This document shows positions 48,887 to 59,333 of a stretch of 64,000 bases of DNA, piece after piece. Position numbers and translations under genes: made by a program. The notes below the pieces were generated by a model, which was not told the DNA's origin, ran no database searches, and saw only the letters and a program-made list of their open reading frames with translations. Source of the stretch: Oceanispirochaeta sp. GTDB taxonomy: Bacteria; Spirochaetota; Spirochaetia; DSM-2461. The stretch's first letter is position 1; each line of letters opens with the position of its first letter. Where the stretch lies: assembly GCA_963663385.2 (NCBI GenBank), contig CAXXXD010000003.1, positions 1,536,001 through 1,600,000 on the forward strand, read 5' to 3'.

Positions 48887-51800
48887 TTAATCAGAATAAA
48901 CTCCACTCTACGATTTTTCCACCGGTTTTCAAGATCGCTGTGAGGAACAATCGGGATTGTACCGCCCCGGCCGATTACATCCATACGGGAATCCTGTATG
49001 CCAAGTTCACTCAGGGCGTTTCGAACCGAAGCGGCCCTGTTCAGTGAAAGGGGCTGCAGTTCGTCCTTCTCCTCTTTGGCAGCTCTTGCCGGGTTGTCAT
49101 AATACTCACTTACAGCATGTCCTTCAACAACAATTTTATAGCTTCCGTATTTCCTGAGTACCTCAGCCAGCCTGTTTAGAACATCCCTGTTTTTTGCTCC
49201 CTGCTCACCGCTTGTCACCAGTGTAGCCTTATAAGGTTCAAATGTGATATTGGAGATCATGACCTTCAGGTTTTCCCCGTCCCGTATGACAAGGATATCC
49301 ACAGGAATATCTCCCCGGCTTATAGTGGAATGCCCCAGAAGATCGGTAACCTGAAGTTCGTAGGGATAGTCCTCGGCAGACTGTACCAGTTCCCCCTGAC
49401 GGGAACGACCGTCCCATATGATCCTTTCGGAGGGACGCCCTTTTCCGCCAAAAGAGATAAACTCATTTCCTTTGGGATCACGGATCACCATCTCCCAATC
49501 TCTTATTGGAGAAATATCCTTAACGGCAATAGCTATTTTAAGTTCGTCAGCCACATTGTCATCATCGGGAGAAAAGGGTCTGGGAGAAAGGTTTACTTGT
49601 ACCTGAGGGGCAGAATTATCCACAGCGAATTCACGGCTTTCGGCCACGGGACGGTTTCCCTTGGCGTAAACGACTTCCAGAGATCCGCGGCACACCCCTT
49701 CTGTCAGGGTTCCCGCATTATTGCGGCCGTCCCAGCTCAGAGTGGATGGTACGGAACCCTCTCCTCTGATACTTTTCACACTGCTGCCGGATTCATCAAG
49801 GATATTCAGAACCCATCGGTCAATGCCGACCGGATTGGTTACATGAGCCGTGAAAACCTGCTCGGGCAGTTCCTCCGAAACCGGAGAGAAAATGGTATTT
49901 TTTGCTGTCAGATAAACAGGAGTGGGTTTGGTATCCACTTCTATACCACGGATTTCCACCCTGCTGGTATTGCCTGCTGAGTCTGTAGAACTGACACTGT
50001 AGTTGTAGATCCCGTCGGGTGCCATATTCCCGTTCTCATCCGTACCGTCCCAGTCCAGGCTCTCAAGGTTCTCTTTCCAGAACCAGCTTCTGACTGTCTG
50101 ACCGGTTGAATCCTTAAGCTCAGCCTCAAATCCCTGTTCCGTACTGGAAACCTGGGAAATCCGGATTATATCCTTATTGCCGTCTCCGTCGGGAGAGAAA
50201 AGGGTTGTACTGGCACTGCTGCTTATGCGGGGTGCCTCCGTATCTTTCAGGAATTCCGTGGAACGGGCCCTGGGTTTGTTCCCCTTGGCATAAACAGCCC
50301 GGATTTCGGCTATATACAATCCATCCGCCGCAGCCGCACCTTCGTTATTTTTACCATTCCATACATATTCAGAAGATGGGGCCCCGGTTCCTGTCCAGGT
50401 TTTAACGGGCGAAGCATCTCCTGATTCATCAGCAGAGAGAACCGATAAGGTCCAGTCCGTAATGTTTTCCGGGTCATCAATAACAGTGTACAGAGTCAGA
50501 CTATCTTTAACACCATTGCTGTCAGGAGAGAAAGCTCCTTCGCTGACTGAGATCTGAACAGACATTTCCCTGGTATCCAGCTGTATACGGTGGGGGCTGG
50601 AAACACCGCGGTTTCCCGCTTTGTCCATTGCTTCAAGAACCATATAATAGGAACCGTCTGGTATGGGTTTACCCTGGTTATCACTGCCGTTCCATACAAC
50701 TCTGGGATCAGCTTTTCCTCTCCAGAAAAAGGATTTGACCGTTTCATTATTTTCATTGCGGATAAAACCTTCCCAGTAATCCTCTTCTGTTGTATTCAGA
50801 TCGAGGGTCAGAGAGTACTGCCCTTCCTCTTCATTCAGTGTCAGGATGCTGTTTCCGCTTATATTTCCCCTGGGAGCTGTTGTATCCACGTTGAACCAGG
50901 GAGAAAGGGCTTCCGGTTTGTAACCGTTCTGATAGCGGACCGTCAGATACCCCTGATACTTACCTTCTTTCAGATACCCGCCGGCCTTGTCTTCACCGGT
51001 ATAGGGAATCGTTTCGGGGACTTCCAGAACGCCTTCCTGCCGGCTGTTATAGCTCCAGGCGGTATTGCCGCGGGCATCCAGAACCCGCAATTCCCACTCC
51101 ATAATACCGGCTGTTACGGGGATTCCCGCTCCAAAACGGATGGAATCTATTCCTTCCGTATTCCCCGGAGAAAGGTAGGAGTTGTCTATTGTCAGGTTAA
51201 CAGGGGGTTTTTCCGTATTAATCAGGATATCAACCAGAGACTCTTCCACGGTATTTCCTGCAGGGTCCGTGGAGTTGATTATATAGCTGTAAACACCATC
51301 GGGGACAATGGTTCCGGCATCATCTTTCCCATCCCACTCAAAAGAAGCGGGGGAACCGTTTTCCCAATGAAAAGTTCTGACAGGAGCGCCGGACAGATCC
51401 CGGATCTCACCTTCCCACAGATTTTCCGATGAACCTTCCTGCTGTATAGTCAGAACATCCTTGCTGCCGTCGCCATCGGGAGAGAATATAAGGTCAATCC
51501 CCTCCTGTTTTGCCAGAGTTATGGCAGGCTGAACCGTATCGATTTCAAAATGGTTGGATCCTGTTTCCGAAACATTGTCGTTATCATCCCAGAATTGCAG
51601 ATTGTAGGTATATTTTCCATCGGGAGCCTTCTCTCCCGAATCCATGACACCGTCCCAGCGGAACGATTCAGGAAGGGTCGTCCCCTTCTTCTCGGAAAAC
51701 ATGCGGTCAAAAATGTTTTTGAAGGACTCATTTTCAGGCCGTTCATCCTTGTTCCGGAATTCCTTGACTATATCACCGTCCTCATTCCGGACTGCCATAT

Positions 51801-52905
51801 AATATCCCATAACATAGCGCTCGTCATCAACGGTGAAGGGCATATTGATTTCATCCTGAACACCGTTCAGATCGGGAGAGATATACACTGTATCCCCCTG
51901 CTCCAGAACGATTCTGGGTGGATTGGAATCTCTTACGCCGAATGGCATGGTTGCGCCGATCCCTATCCCGTAAATATTGTCGTAAAATGGGGCATAGGCG
52001 GTCTGCATTTCGATTTCGCTGGTCTGCTGTTCGGTTTTTTCCTTGCTTCCGCCTTTGAAGCTATAATTATAGTAAATCCCCGCCGAAGGGATGAGAGTCT
52101 GATAGTTGCCATCCAGAAGATCCGTGAGAATCATGGAGGAAGAGAGGGCTATGCGAAGATTATTCTGAATTCGGAATTCCTGTCCGACTTCAAGACGGAA
52201 ATCTGAAAATGCCGGAAAACCGACATCTCCGGTCATGGACCAGAGAAATCCCTTCTTCTCTATAAGGTCAAATCCGGCTCCCACATTGAGACTGAGGTTT
52301 TCGGGAACAGCTTCAAAGTAACTGGTACTTGAACCATATTCCCAGCCGATCCCGTTGAGAGATCCTCCCCATTCCAGATTTTTGAACCGTCCCATGGTAC
52401 CCGGTTTATGAATAAAGCCCAGATTTAAACCGGCCCCCCAATCCAGATCGGTACTCAAGGCTCCGTCTATACCGAAACCTGCGTAAAGGTCCTTATATAT
52501 TTCCTTTGAAAAGGCTACATCCATGGAACCGAATGTTCCAAAGTTCAATTCCGTATTACTAAAATCACTTGTTGTGGCAAAACGCAGGGCTCCGGTCAAT
52601 ACCCCGTATTTTCCGGGATAAGATATGGCCGTACTGACGGCATGTCCCATACCTTCCATGCTGCCGTTCCATTCCTGAAGATTTATATACCCCAGATCCA
52701 GAATGAGCCGTTGAAAATTTCCTGCTGCCGCCGGGTTCAGTGAGACTGCCTGGGGCGTATCCATTCTGGTTACGGACGTTCCGCCTCCCAGAAAAAGGGG
52801 GGAGTAAAGGGATTTGACCAGTTCCCCGGAAGAATCCGCGTATATTCCTGTAAAACAGAGTATTAGTGTGAGTATTAATACTATCCTGCGGCTATTCTGT
52901 TTCAT
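48883..52905 (-). CDS. Large envelope protein: N-terminal beta-barrel-like region, tandem FlgD-like Ig repeats, C-terminal OmpA domain
   Basis: Signal peptide, NPAA motif, repeated FSPD-x-DG-x-x-D...WDG...PDG-x-Y...D-x-AGN units, VEGH...LSLNRA...NRRVEF. Confidence 0.85.
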   Translation of the reverse strand: MKQNSRRIVLILTLILCFTGIYADSSGELVKSLYSPLFLGGGTSVTRMDTPQAVSLNPAAAGNFQRLILDLGYINLQEWNGSMEGMGHAVSTAISYPGKYGVLTGALRFATTSDFSNTELNFGTFGSMDVAFSKEIYKDLYAGFGIDGALSTDLDWGAGLNLGFIHKPGTMGRFKNLEWGGSLNGIGWEYGSSTSYFEAVPENLSLNVGAGFDLIEKKGFLWSMTGDVGFPAFSDFRLEVGQEFRIQNNLRIALSSSMILTDLLDGNYQTLIPSAGIYYNYSFKGGSKEKTEQQTSEIEMQTAYAPFYDNIYGIGIGATMPFGVRDSNPPRIVLEQGDTVYISPDLNGVQDEINMPFTVDDERYVMGYYMAVRNEDGDIVKEFRNKDERPENESFKNIFDRMFSEKKGTTLPESFRWDGVMDSGEKAPDGKYTYNLQFWDDNDNVSETGSNHFEIDTVQPAITLAKQEGIDLIFSPDGDGSKDVLTIQQEGSSENLWEGEIRDLSGAPVRTFHWENGSPASFEWDGKDDAGTIVPDGVYSYIINSTDPAGNTVEESLVDILINTEKPPVNLTIDNSYLSPGNTEGIDSIRFGAGIPVTAGIMEWELRVLDARGNTAWSYNSRQEGVLEVPETIPYTGEDKAGGYLKEGKYQGYLTVRYQNGYKPEALSPWFNVDTTAPRGNISGNSILTLNEEEGQYSLTLDLNTTEEDYWEGFIRNENNETVKSFFWRGKADPRVVWNGSDNQGKPIPDGSYYMVLEAMDKAGNRGVSSPHRIQLDTREMSVQISVSEGAFSPDSNGVKDSLTLYTVIDDPENITDWTLSVLSADESGDASPVKTWTGTGAPSSEYVWNGKNNEGAAAADGLYIAEIRAVYAKGNKPRARSTEFLKDTEAPRISSSASTTLFSPDGDGNKDIIRISQVSSTEQGFEAELKDSTGQTVRSWFWKENLESLDWDGTDENGNMAPDGIYNYSVSSTDSAGNTSRVEIRGIEVDTKPTPVYLTAKNTIFSPVSEELPEQVFTAHVTNPVGIDRWVLNILDESGSSVKSIRGEGSVPSTLSWDGRNNAGTLTEGVCRGSLEVVYAKGNRPVAESREFAVDNSAPQVQVNLSPRPFSPDDDNVADELKIAIAVKDISPIRDWEMVIRDPKGNEFISFGGKGRPSERIIWDGRSRQGELVQSAEDYPYELQVTDLLGHSTISRGDIPVDILVIRDGENLKVMISNITFEPYKATLVTSGEQGAKNRDVLNRLAEVLRKYGSYKIVVEGHAVSEYYDNPARAAKEEKDELQPLSLNRAASVRNALSELGIQDSRMDVIGRGGTIPIVPHSDLENRWKNRRVEFILIK

Positions 52906-53015
52906 GAAAACCTCCTGAACTTGTAATTTCCGGCAAGAATCACTATGTTAACCATTATAATTTAATCAACACAATAACCCTATTGTAACAAAAAACAACA
53001 ATTACGGAGAGTATT

Positions 53016-53771
53016 ATGGACAAAAAAAAGAAAGAACCGTGGTTTTCGGATGAATGGTTCTGGGAAACATACGGCCCTTTGATGTTTGACGAGAACCGCC
53101 TCTCCGAAACAGCCGGGGAAGTGGACGGGATAATCCGCCTGGCAGAGCTTCCTGAAAAGGCGGAGATTCTGGACTGCTGCTGCGGTATGGGACGGCACAC
53201 CATGGAGTTCGCTTCAAGGGGCTATAAAATGACCGGTGTGGATTTGAGCAAAGTCTATCTTGACAAGGCAGTCCGGGAAGCAGCCGAAAAGGAACTGGAT
53301 ATCCGGTGGAGCCGTATGGATGTAAGAGACCTGGATTATATAAACCGTTTTGACAGTGTTATCAATATGTTCTCCTCATTCGGCTACTTTGAAGATCCGG
53401 ACGATGATCTGCTTCTTTTGAAAAAGATCCGCAGGGCTCTTAAGGAAAAGGGAACCCTCTTTATCGAGATGTGGGGAAAAGAAGTGCTGGCCAGGGATTT
53501 TGAAGAGAGGGTATGGTTTGAAAGAGAAGGCATTAAGATTCTTCTGGAATACTCTGTGGATCTGAACTGGACGGAACTGCATAACCGCTGGCTTTTCTAT
53601 CAAAACGAAAAAATGACAGAGTACACCTTTCATCACAGGATATTTTCCGCTTCCGAAATGGCCTCTCTTCTATGGCAGGCGGGGTTTGAACAGGTCGATA
53701 TATACGGCAGCTTCAAAGGAGATCTTTACGATCACAAGGCGGAGCGGCTAATTCTGGTTGCCCATAAATAG
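53016..53771 (+). CDS. Class I SAM-dependent methyltransferase
   Basis: ILDCCCGMGRH, TGVDLS, DVRDL, NMFSSFGYF. Confidence 0.9.
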   Translation: MDKKKKEPWFSDEWFWETYGPLMFDENRLSETAGEVDGIIRLAELPEKAEILDCCCGMGRHTMEFASRGYKMTGVDLSKVYLDKAVREAAEKELDIRWSRMDVRDLDYINRFDSVINMFSSFGYFEDPDDDLLLLKKIRRALKEKGTLFIEMWGKEVLARDFEERVWFEREGIKILLEYSVDLNWTELHNRWLFYQNEKMTEYTFHHRIFSASEMASLLWQAGFEQVDIYGSFKGDLYDHKAERLILVAHK

Positions 53772-54797
53772 GGTGTATTCCGAGCCGGGACTCAAACTGA
53801 AGCTGTCGCGAAGATTGGAGCTGATGTAAACCATATTGTCTTCATCCACCATGATAACCCCGGTATCTTCAAGAGTTTCGGCCAGGGCCATGCCTTTTTT
53901 GATACCGAGGGAAAACAGGGCCGTGGATAAACCGTCTGCCATCAGACTGTCCTTATGGACAATGGTAGTGCTTATCAGACCGTTATCGACAGGATAACCG
54001 GTACTGCTGTCCAGTATATGGTGGTAGCGAACACCGTCTTCCATGAAAAACCTTTCGTAGATACCGGATGTTACAATAGCTTTTTCTTCCGTGCTCAGGA
54101 TACCGAGGTATTCCCCCCGGACCTCTCTGGGATCCTGTATCCCGATTTTCCAGGGATCCCCCGAAGACTTTTCTCCCATAATCAGAACATTGCCGCCCAG
54201 ATTGATAATAGCCCTTTTCACCCCTCGGGCAAGTAACAGAGACCTGACACGATCGGCTGCATATCCCTTGGCTATTCCGCCCAGATCAATCTGCGTACCC
54301 TTTTTATCAAGATAGACAGAGCTGCCTTCAATTCGTATGTTTTTATACCCGACCCCGGTCAATACGTCCTGCAGTTCCGATGCCGAAGGAACGGCGGCAT
54401 GATCCGATCCGATCCCCCAGAGGGATACCAGTGCTCCCACAGAGGGATCAAAACGACCTTCGGAGAGTTTTGCTATTTTCAAGGCAGATTCAAGTACAGT
54501 GAGGACCTCTTCTTCTGCCTGAATGCCTGCAGCGGGATTCTGATTAATCCTGCTGAGGTTGCTTCCGTCCAGATTTACACTCATACTCCGTTCAATAGTA
54601 TCGATCAGGGCAAAAGCATCAGCCAGAATGCTGTCCGGATCTGATTTCTCATCCCATTCCTGGAGTGTTATCATGCAGCTCGTACCCAGTAAAAATTCAT
54701 TACCCTGACGGGGCTCCTGAATTTTCTGTTTTCCGCAGGATACAGCCAGTAACAGGATAGATATATATAAACTGATAATTCTGAAGTTCTTTTTCAT
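53748..54797 (-). CDS. apbE: FAD:protein FMN transferase (lipoprotein)
   Basis: Lipobox LAVSC, FDPSVG, DLGGIAKGYAAD, NLGGN, TSGIYERF, YHHILD, ADGLSTA. Confidence 0.95.
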   Translation of the reverse strand: MKKNFRIISLYISILLLAVSCGKQKIQEPRQGNEFLLGTSCMITLQEWDEKSDPDSILADAFALIDTIERSMSVNLDGSNLSRINQNPAAGIQAEEEVLTVLESALKIAKLSEGRFDPSVGALVSLWGIGSDHAAVPSASELQDVLTGVGYKNIRIEGSSVYLDKKGTQIDLGGIAKGYAADRVRSLLLARGVKRAIINLGGNVLIMGEKSSGDPWKIGIQDPREVRGEYLGILSTEEKAIVTSGIYERFFMEDGVRYHHILDSSTGYPVDNGLISTTIVHKDSLMADGLSTALFSLGIKKGMALAETLEDTGVIMVDEDNMVYISSNLRDSFSLSPGSEYTLFMGNQN

Positions 54798-54946
54798 GCG
54801 GGTGATTATGAAAGGGAAGCATAAAAATGTAAAGTTACTACTGGAGTATTCAAAAAAAGAGTAGCGATTTACCGGCCCTCTATGTTAAGCTGTTTTCTGC
54901 CGAAATTCAAATAGAAATAATGTAAATTTGAATCTGCTGCTCATAA

Positions 54947-57016
54947 ATGCGCTCTGGAGCTATGATGAAAGTAAAAAGCAAACTCATTCTGCTGAACCTG
55001 GCTGTATTTACCCTTTTCTCGTCAACTTTTTTTGTTTTCTATTTTTCTGCCGTCAGATTAATGGATCTTAAGGATTTACAGAAGGAGATTAAAGAACTCA
55101 GAAGCACAATCCTCCGGTATGAATATGCCAATAATGCCCTGTTGGTCTCAAAGGATATCCCTGTCAATGGAATCGGGTGGCTTTACGATGAACTGGGCAG
55201 GGATCTTGACAGCCTGTCGGAACAGAAAACCCTGAAATACCTTGATGACCTTACAGCCAAAAAGATTCAGGATAATTACACGTTTATCAAAGGCAGGAGT
55301 TTTGATCGGTACTTCAGTAATATACACAGTGAAATTATCCGCTTTAAACCCATGATACCGGATACATCCATAGAGATGGTATATCAGAACTGGAAGAACG
55401 GTATCACCATTGACAGGGAGCTCTATGACAGGATAATGACCACAAGGCTCAGGATTACAGAATATATTAACTGGTATCACCCTTTTTCTGAACAGTTCCG
55501 GATTATTACCAACGAAGTGTATAATACAATTGCGATTCAAATCAGGCGGATCCTGTTCCGTACAGGGCTGACACTCTTTCTGAGTCTGTTTGTTTCCATA
55601 GTATTCATTCTCCTGGTTTATAAAAATATGATTCAGAAAATCCGGAACGTACGTACAGGAATAGAGCTGATATCGGGGGGCAACTTAAGCACCCGAATCC
55701 GGATAGAATCAAATGACGAGCTGGCAACAATGGGTGAGAATTTCAATACCCTGACTGAAACAATCTGGCAGAGGTTGAATACGGTTGGAAAGATTATTCA
55801 TGATATCGGACAGTCATTGACGGAAAATCCCGATCCGGGTCATCTGGAGAGAACCATCCTTCAACTGGCCATTGAGAATACACAGGCTGAAAATGGAGCT
55901 TTTTACAAACATATAAAGGAGAGGCAGGTTCTTGTCCCCGTCCACAGGACCGACCGATTCGCCCTTCCCTATGATGAAGGACAATACCGGGAGGAAGTTC
56001 CCATTGGAAAAACCATTCTGGGTATGTCCGCCGTATCAGGGGAGCCGTATTTTGTAAAGGAACCGGGAGGCCATAACCTTATTCCCCAGAGAACAAGCTT
56101 CGACAGACACTTCATATCCTCCTGTATCATTCTGCCACTGATTTCGGAAAGGGAAGTTGTAGGAATTATCTGCCTTGAGAAAAACAGCGACAGAAACCGG
56201 TTCAGGGATATGGATTTCTCCAATATTCAATCGTTTATCGAATTCAGCGCCGTAACCCTTAAAAACCTGGAAAAATATTCAGAACTCCTTCAGTCTACCG
56301 GTTTGAACAGGGAAATGCAGATTGCATCTGATATCCAGAAGAGCCTGCTGCCTCCCAAAATTCCCAAAGTTCCCAATTTTGATATTGCTGCGAACACATA
56401 CTCCGTAAAAGGTATGAGCGGTAATATCTATGATTTTTTTCAGGTTGATAAGAGCCGCTGGCTGTTTTGCATGGCAGAAGTAAAAGAGATGGGGATCGCG
56501 TCATCCATGATGCTGGTTATCCTCAGAACACTGGTACGTATTCTTGTCAGGGTGGATCAGGAACCAGCGGAGCTGCTTGAAGATCTTCTACGGAATTTCA
56601 GGGAAACAACCGGTTTGGATACTGAAATCAGTATAAATCTCTGCCTGATGGAACCGGGAGATAAGCGTTATTCCTACTGCGGAACGAAAGAACAGAATAT
56701 GCTTGTGTTTTCCGATAAGAACGATACCATGAATCTTGTTAAAGCAGAAATAAGCGATCATAACGAATATAAAACCATAAAGGGACAATTGGGAGATAAG
56801 GATTACCTTGTACTTATGACTGATGGGTTTTACAAATCAGTCAATAAATCCGGGGAGGCTTACGGCTGGGATCCGGTTCGGCAGATTCTTAGAAAATATA
56901 AACAACGGAACAGCCGCTGGCTTCAGGAAGCCATTGTAAAAGATATCAGTTTTTTCGAGAAAGAGATGGAGCAGCACCAGGACAGGACCATGTTCATAGC
57001 AGGTTTCAGGGAGTAG
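54947..57016 (+). CDS. Membrane HAMP-GAF-SpoIIE protein with degenerate PP2C site
   Basis: 2 TM, HAMP (DELATMGENFN), GAF, EMQIASDIQKSLLP; catalytic motifs altered (SGNIYD, AEVKEMG, HQDRT). Confidence 0.82.
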   Translation: MRSGAMMKVKSKLILLNLAVFTLFSSTFFVFYFSAVRLMDLKDLQKEIKELRSTILRYEYANNALLVSKDIPVNGIGWLYDELGRDLDSLSEQKTLKYLDDLTAKKIQDNYTFIKGRSFDRYFSNIHSEIIRFKPMIPDTSIEMVYQNWKNGITIDRELYDRIMTTRLRITEYINWYHPFSEQFRIITNEVYNTIAIQIRRILFRTGLTLFLSLFVSIVFILLVYKNMIQKIRNVRTGIELISGGNLSTRIRIESNDELATMGENFNTLTETIWQRLNTVGKIIHDIGQSLTENPDPGHLERTILQLAIENTQAENGAFYKHIKERQVLVPVHRTDRFALPYDEGQYREEVPIGKTILGMSAVSGEPYFVKEPGGHNLIPQRTSFDRHFISSCIILPLISEREVVGIICLEKNSDRNRFRDMDFSNIQSFIEFSAVTLKNLEKYSELLQSTGLNREMQIASDIQKSLLPPKIPKVPNFDIAANTYSVKGMSGNIYDFFQVDKSRWLFCMAEVKEMGIASSMMLVILRTLVRILVRVDQEPAELLEDLLRNFRETTGLDTEISINLCLMEPGDKRYSYCGTKEQNMLVFSDKNDTMNLVKAEISDHNEYKTIKGQLGDKDYLVLMTDGFYKSVNKSGEAYGWDPVRQILRKYKQRNSRWLQEAIVKDISFFEKEMEQHQDRTMFIAGFRE

Positions 57017-57020
57017 ACAG

Positions 57021-59144
57021 ATGAAAATACAGAGTAAAATAAGTCTTGCAAGTTTTCTCCTGATTATGGGATTACTCCTGTCGTCAGCCCTTTTTTTCAT
57101 CAGGATTTTTACGGTTTACCAGCTTAAGGAATACTCGGAAAAAACGGTAGAAGTGGAAATATCAATGCACCGGTTTATCAACAGGAATTTATCCCTTTTT
57201 ACAGAGCCGGCTCCTGCTATCGAAATGACTTCAGCCTGGTTTGACGATCTGATAGCCTTCAACGACGATCTGGACATCGTTCTGAATTCTCCCCTAATCA
57301 AACGTCTCAGTAAGGACTATCAGAAATTGATCGGCACAAGAAAGACATCCTGGGAAGAGATGATTCATAATGTTATAAATCCCCTTCAGCTGGATATGAA
57401 TAAATTCAGCGGATCCAAGCTCGGACTGGAGTCCGGAAAAGACGGGTTTTATACAACTCTGCTCAAGAAAAAGACGGAAGGCGATACGATAGCGGTCAAA
57501 GAGCTTGAAACCATCCAGGATCATCAGGACAATTTATATATCCACCTTTCAACCTTCTCTTTTAAGCTGGAATCCCTGATTGAACAATCCGACAGGGAGA
57601 TTGGCTTATATACCCAGAACAGTATCATTATGACCATTATAACCGTTTCCCTTATTCTTCTTGGTATTCTCGTCTTCAGTTTCCGGGTATCCAACAATCT
57701 GGTGCGCCGTATTACAGAAACGAATAAACATGTACAGGACATTGCACAGGGACGCCTCAATTTTGATATGGATAAGAAAAAGGACAAGGATGAGTTTGAT
57801 GAACTTCTCCGCAATTACAATATTTTTTCCAGAATACTGTCAGACAGGCTGGATTCGCTGAAGTACCTTTTACAGGATATCGGAAATACGCTTGGAACAG
57901 AGACGGATATCACACAGCTTCAGGAAACCATAGTTGAGCTGGGAATGGACTCCATCAGCGCTGACAGCGGGATGCTCTTTCTGGCGGATGCCGAATCAGA
58001 ATCTCTTGAACTGGTTCAGCGGACAGGATTCTGCCCTCCCCCCTTCCATATGGATAAAAGAATAACCATGAACCGCTCCAATGTTGAAAACTACTATGAG
58101 ACCCATCGTGTTGATAAATCTTCTCCCGTTTTCGGGGCTGTTATGACAGAAGGATCGGGGCTGTTTATCAAAGATAACGAGACAGAACGTATATTCCCGC
58201 AGAATTGCGATCCCTATGAATGGCTTTTCATCTCCTCTCTGGTTGCCCAGCCGCTGATTGTTTCCAACCGTCTTCTGGGGATGCTTGTTTTTTACAAAAC
58301 GAAACAGGGAGAAACATTCTCAGACCTTGACTATACATTCTTCCGGGCCTATACGGACTATACGGCCCAGTCGGTGGATAATGTTTACAAATACCATACT
58401 CTCCTGGAGAACAGGGAAATACAAAAAGAGATTGACGTAGCTGCGGGTATTCAGAAAAGGCTCCTCCCCGAAAATCTCCCGGCCTTCAACACTGGTTCGG
58501 CAAAGATTTATTCCCTTCCCGCAAGAGGAATAAGCGGTGACTATTTTGACGCCATAAAACTGGATGAAACCAGAATCCTGTATACGATTTGTGATGTTGC
58601 CGGCAAAGGTGTTCCTGCGTCCATGCTGATGATTATGATCAGGACGATCCTTCATACAATCAGTCACAAACACAAATCCGCCCATACTCTTCTGAAAGAA
58701 CTGAACTATCATATCGCCGGAAGAATCGGAGTGGATCAGTATGCGACAATGGCTGTTTTCATCCTTGATACCGGAAAAAATGAGATTTCCTACTCCAATG
58801 CGGCTCACCATCCCCTTTACCTCTACAGAAAGAGGGAACAGCAGTTCAGAAGCTTTGACACGGAAGGGCTGCCTATTGGAGTGGACAAACAGGGACAATT
58901 CGGACACAAAAGGATAAAGCTTCACAGGGGTGACTATATATTCCTGTTTACAGACGGACTCCCCGAAGCCCGTAACAACCTGGGTGAAGAGTTATCCAAT
59001 GACAGGCTCCTCCTGTTCCTTGCAAAGAACTCACACAGGGAACCGGAAGAACTGACTGATGCTGTAACAGGATTCATCAATAAATTTGCCTCAGGGGCCA
59101 AACAGCATGATGACCAGACATTCCTGGCACTCAAGATTTCCTAG
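57021..59144 (+). CDS. Membrane HAMP-GAF-SpoIIE (RsbU-like PP2C) phosphatase
   Basis: 2 TM, HAMP, GAF, ISGDYFD, CDVAGKGVPA, NAAHHP, FTDGLPE, QHDDQT. Confidence 0.9.
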   Translation: MKIQSKISLASFLLIMGLLLSSALFFIRIFTVYQLKEYSEKTVEVEISMHRFINRNLSLFTEPAPAIEMTSAWFDDLIAFNDDLDIVLNSPLIKRLSKDYQKLIGTRKTSWEEMIHNVINPLQLDMNKFSGSKLGLESGKDGFYTTLLKKKTEGDTIAVKELETIQDHQDNLYIHLSTFSFKLESLIEQSDREIGLYTQNSIIMTIITVSLILLGILVFSFRVSNNLVRRITETNKHVQDIAQGRLNFDMDKKKDKDEFDELLRNYNIFSRILSDRLDSLKYLLQDIGNTLGTETDITQLQETIVELGMDSISADSGMLFLADAESESLELVQRTGFCPPPFHMDKRITMNRSNVENYYETHRVDKSSPVFGAVMTEGSGLFIKDNETERIFPQNCDPYEWLFISSLVAQPLIVSNRLLGMLVFYKTKQGETFSDLDYTFFRAYTDYTAQSVDNVYKYHTLLENREIQKEIDVAAGIQKRLLPENLPAFNTGSAKIYSLPARGISGDYFDAIKLDETRILYTICDVAGKGVPASMLMIMIRTILHTISHKHKSAHTLLKELNYHIAGRIGVDQYATMAVFILDTGKNEISYSNAAHHPLYLYRKREQQFRSFDTEGLPIGVDKQGQFGHKRIKLHRGDYIFLFTDGLPEARNNLGEELSNDRLLLFLAKNSHREPEELTDAVTGFINKFASGAKQHDDQTFLALKIS

Positions 59145-59196
59145 ACTGTAAGTTTTTTGATACCAGCGTTTTCTGCCAGACTTTGCGTTTATAATA

Positions 59197-59294
59197 GACC
59201 GTCCCCTCTCAATCTCCCGCCCTCTTTCTATCTCCAAAGGGAAAAGTAGATGCTTTTACCCCCTCTTGGAGAGGCAGGGGGAAGCCGGGAGAAG
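59197..59294. repeat. Degenerate C-rich/G-rich palindromic intergenic element
   Basis: CCCCTCTCAATCTCCC...AAAGGGAAA...CCCCCTCTTGGAGAGGCAGGGGGAAG hairpin-forming tracts between convergent genes. Confidence 0.4.
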
Positions 59295-59333
59295 TCATAT
59301 AAGTTCCCCCTGATTTACAGGAAATGAATTATA

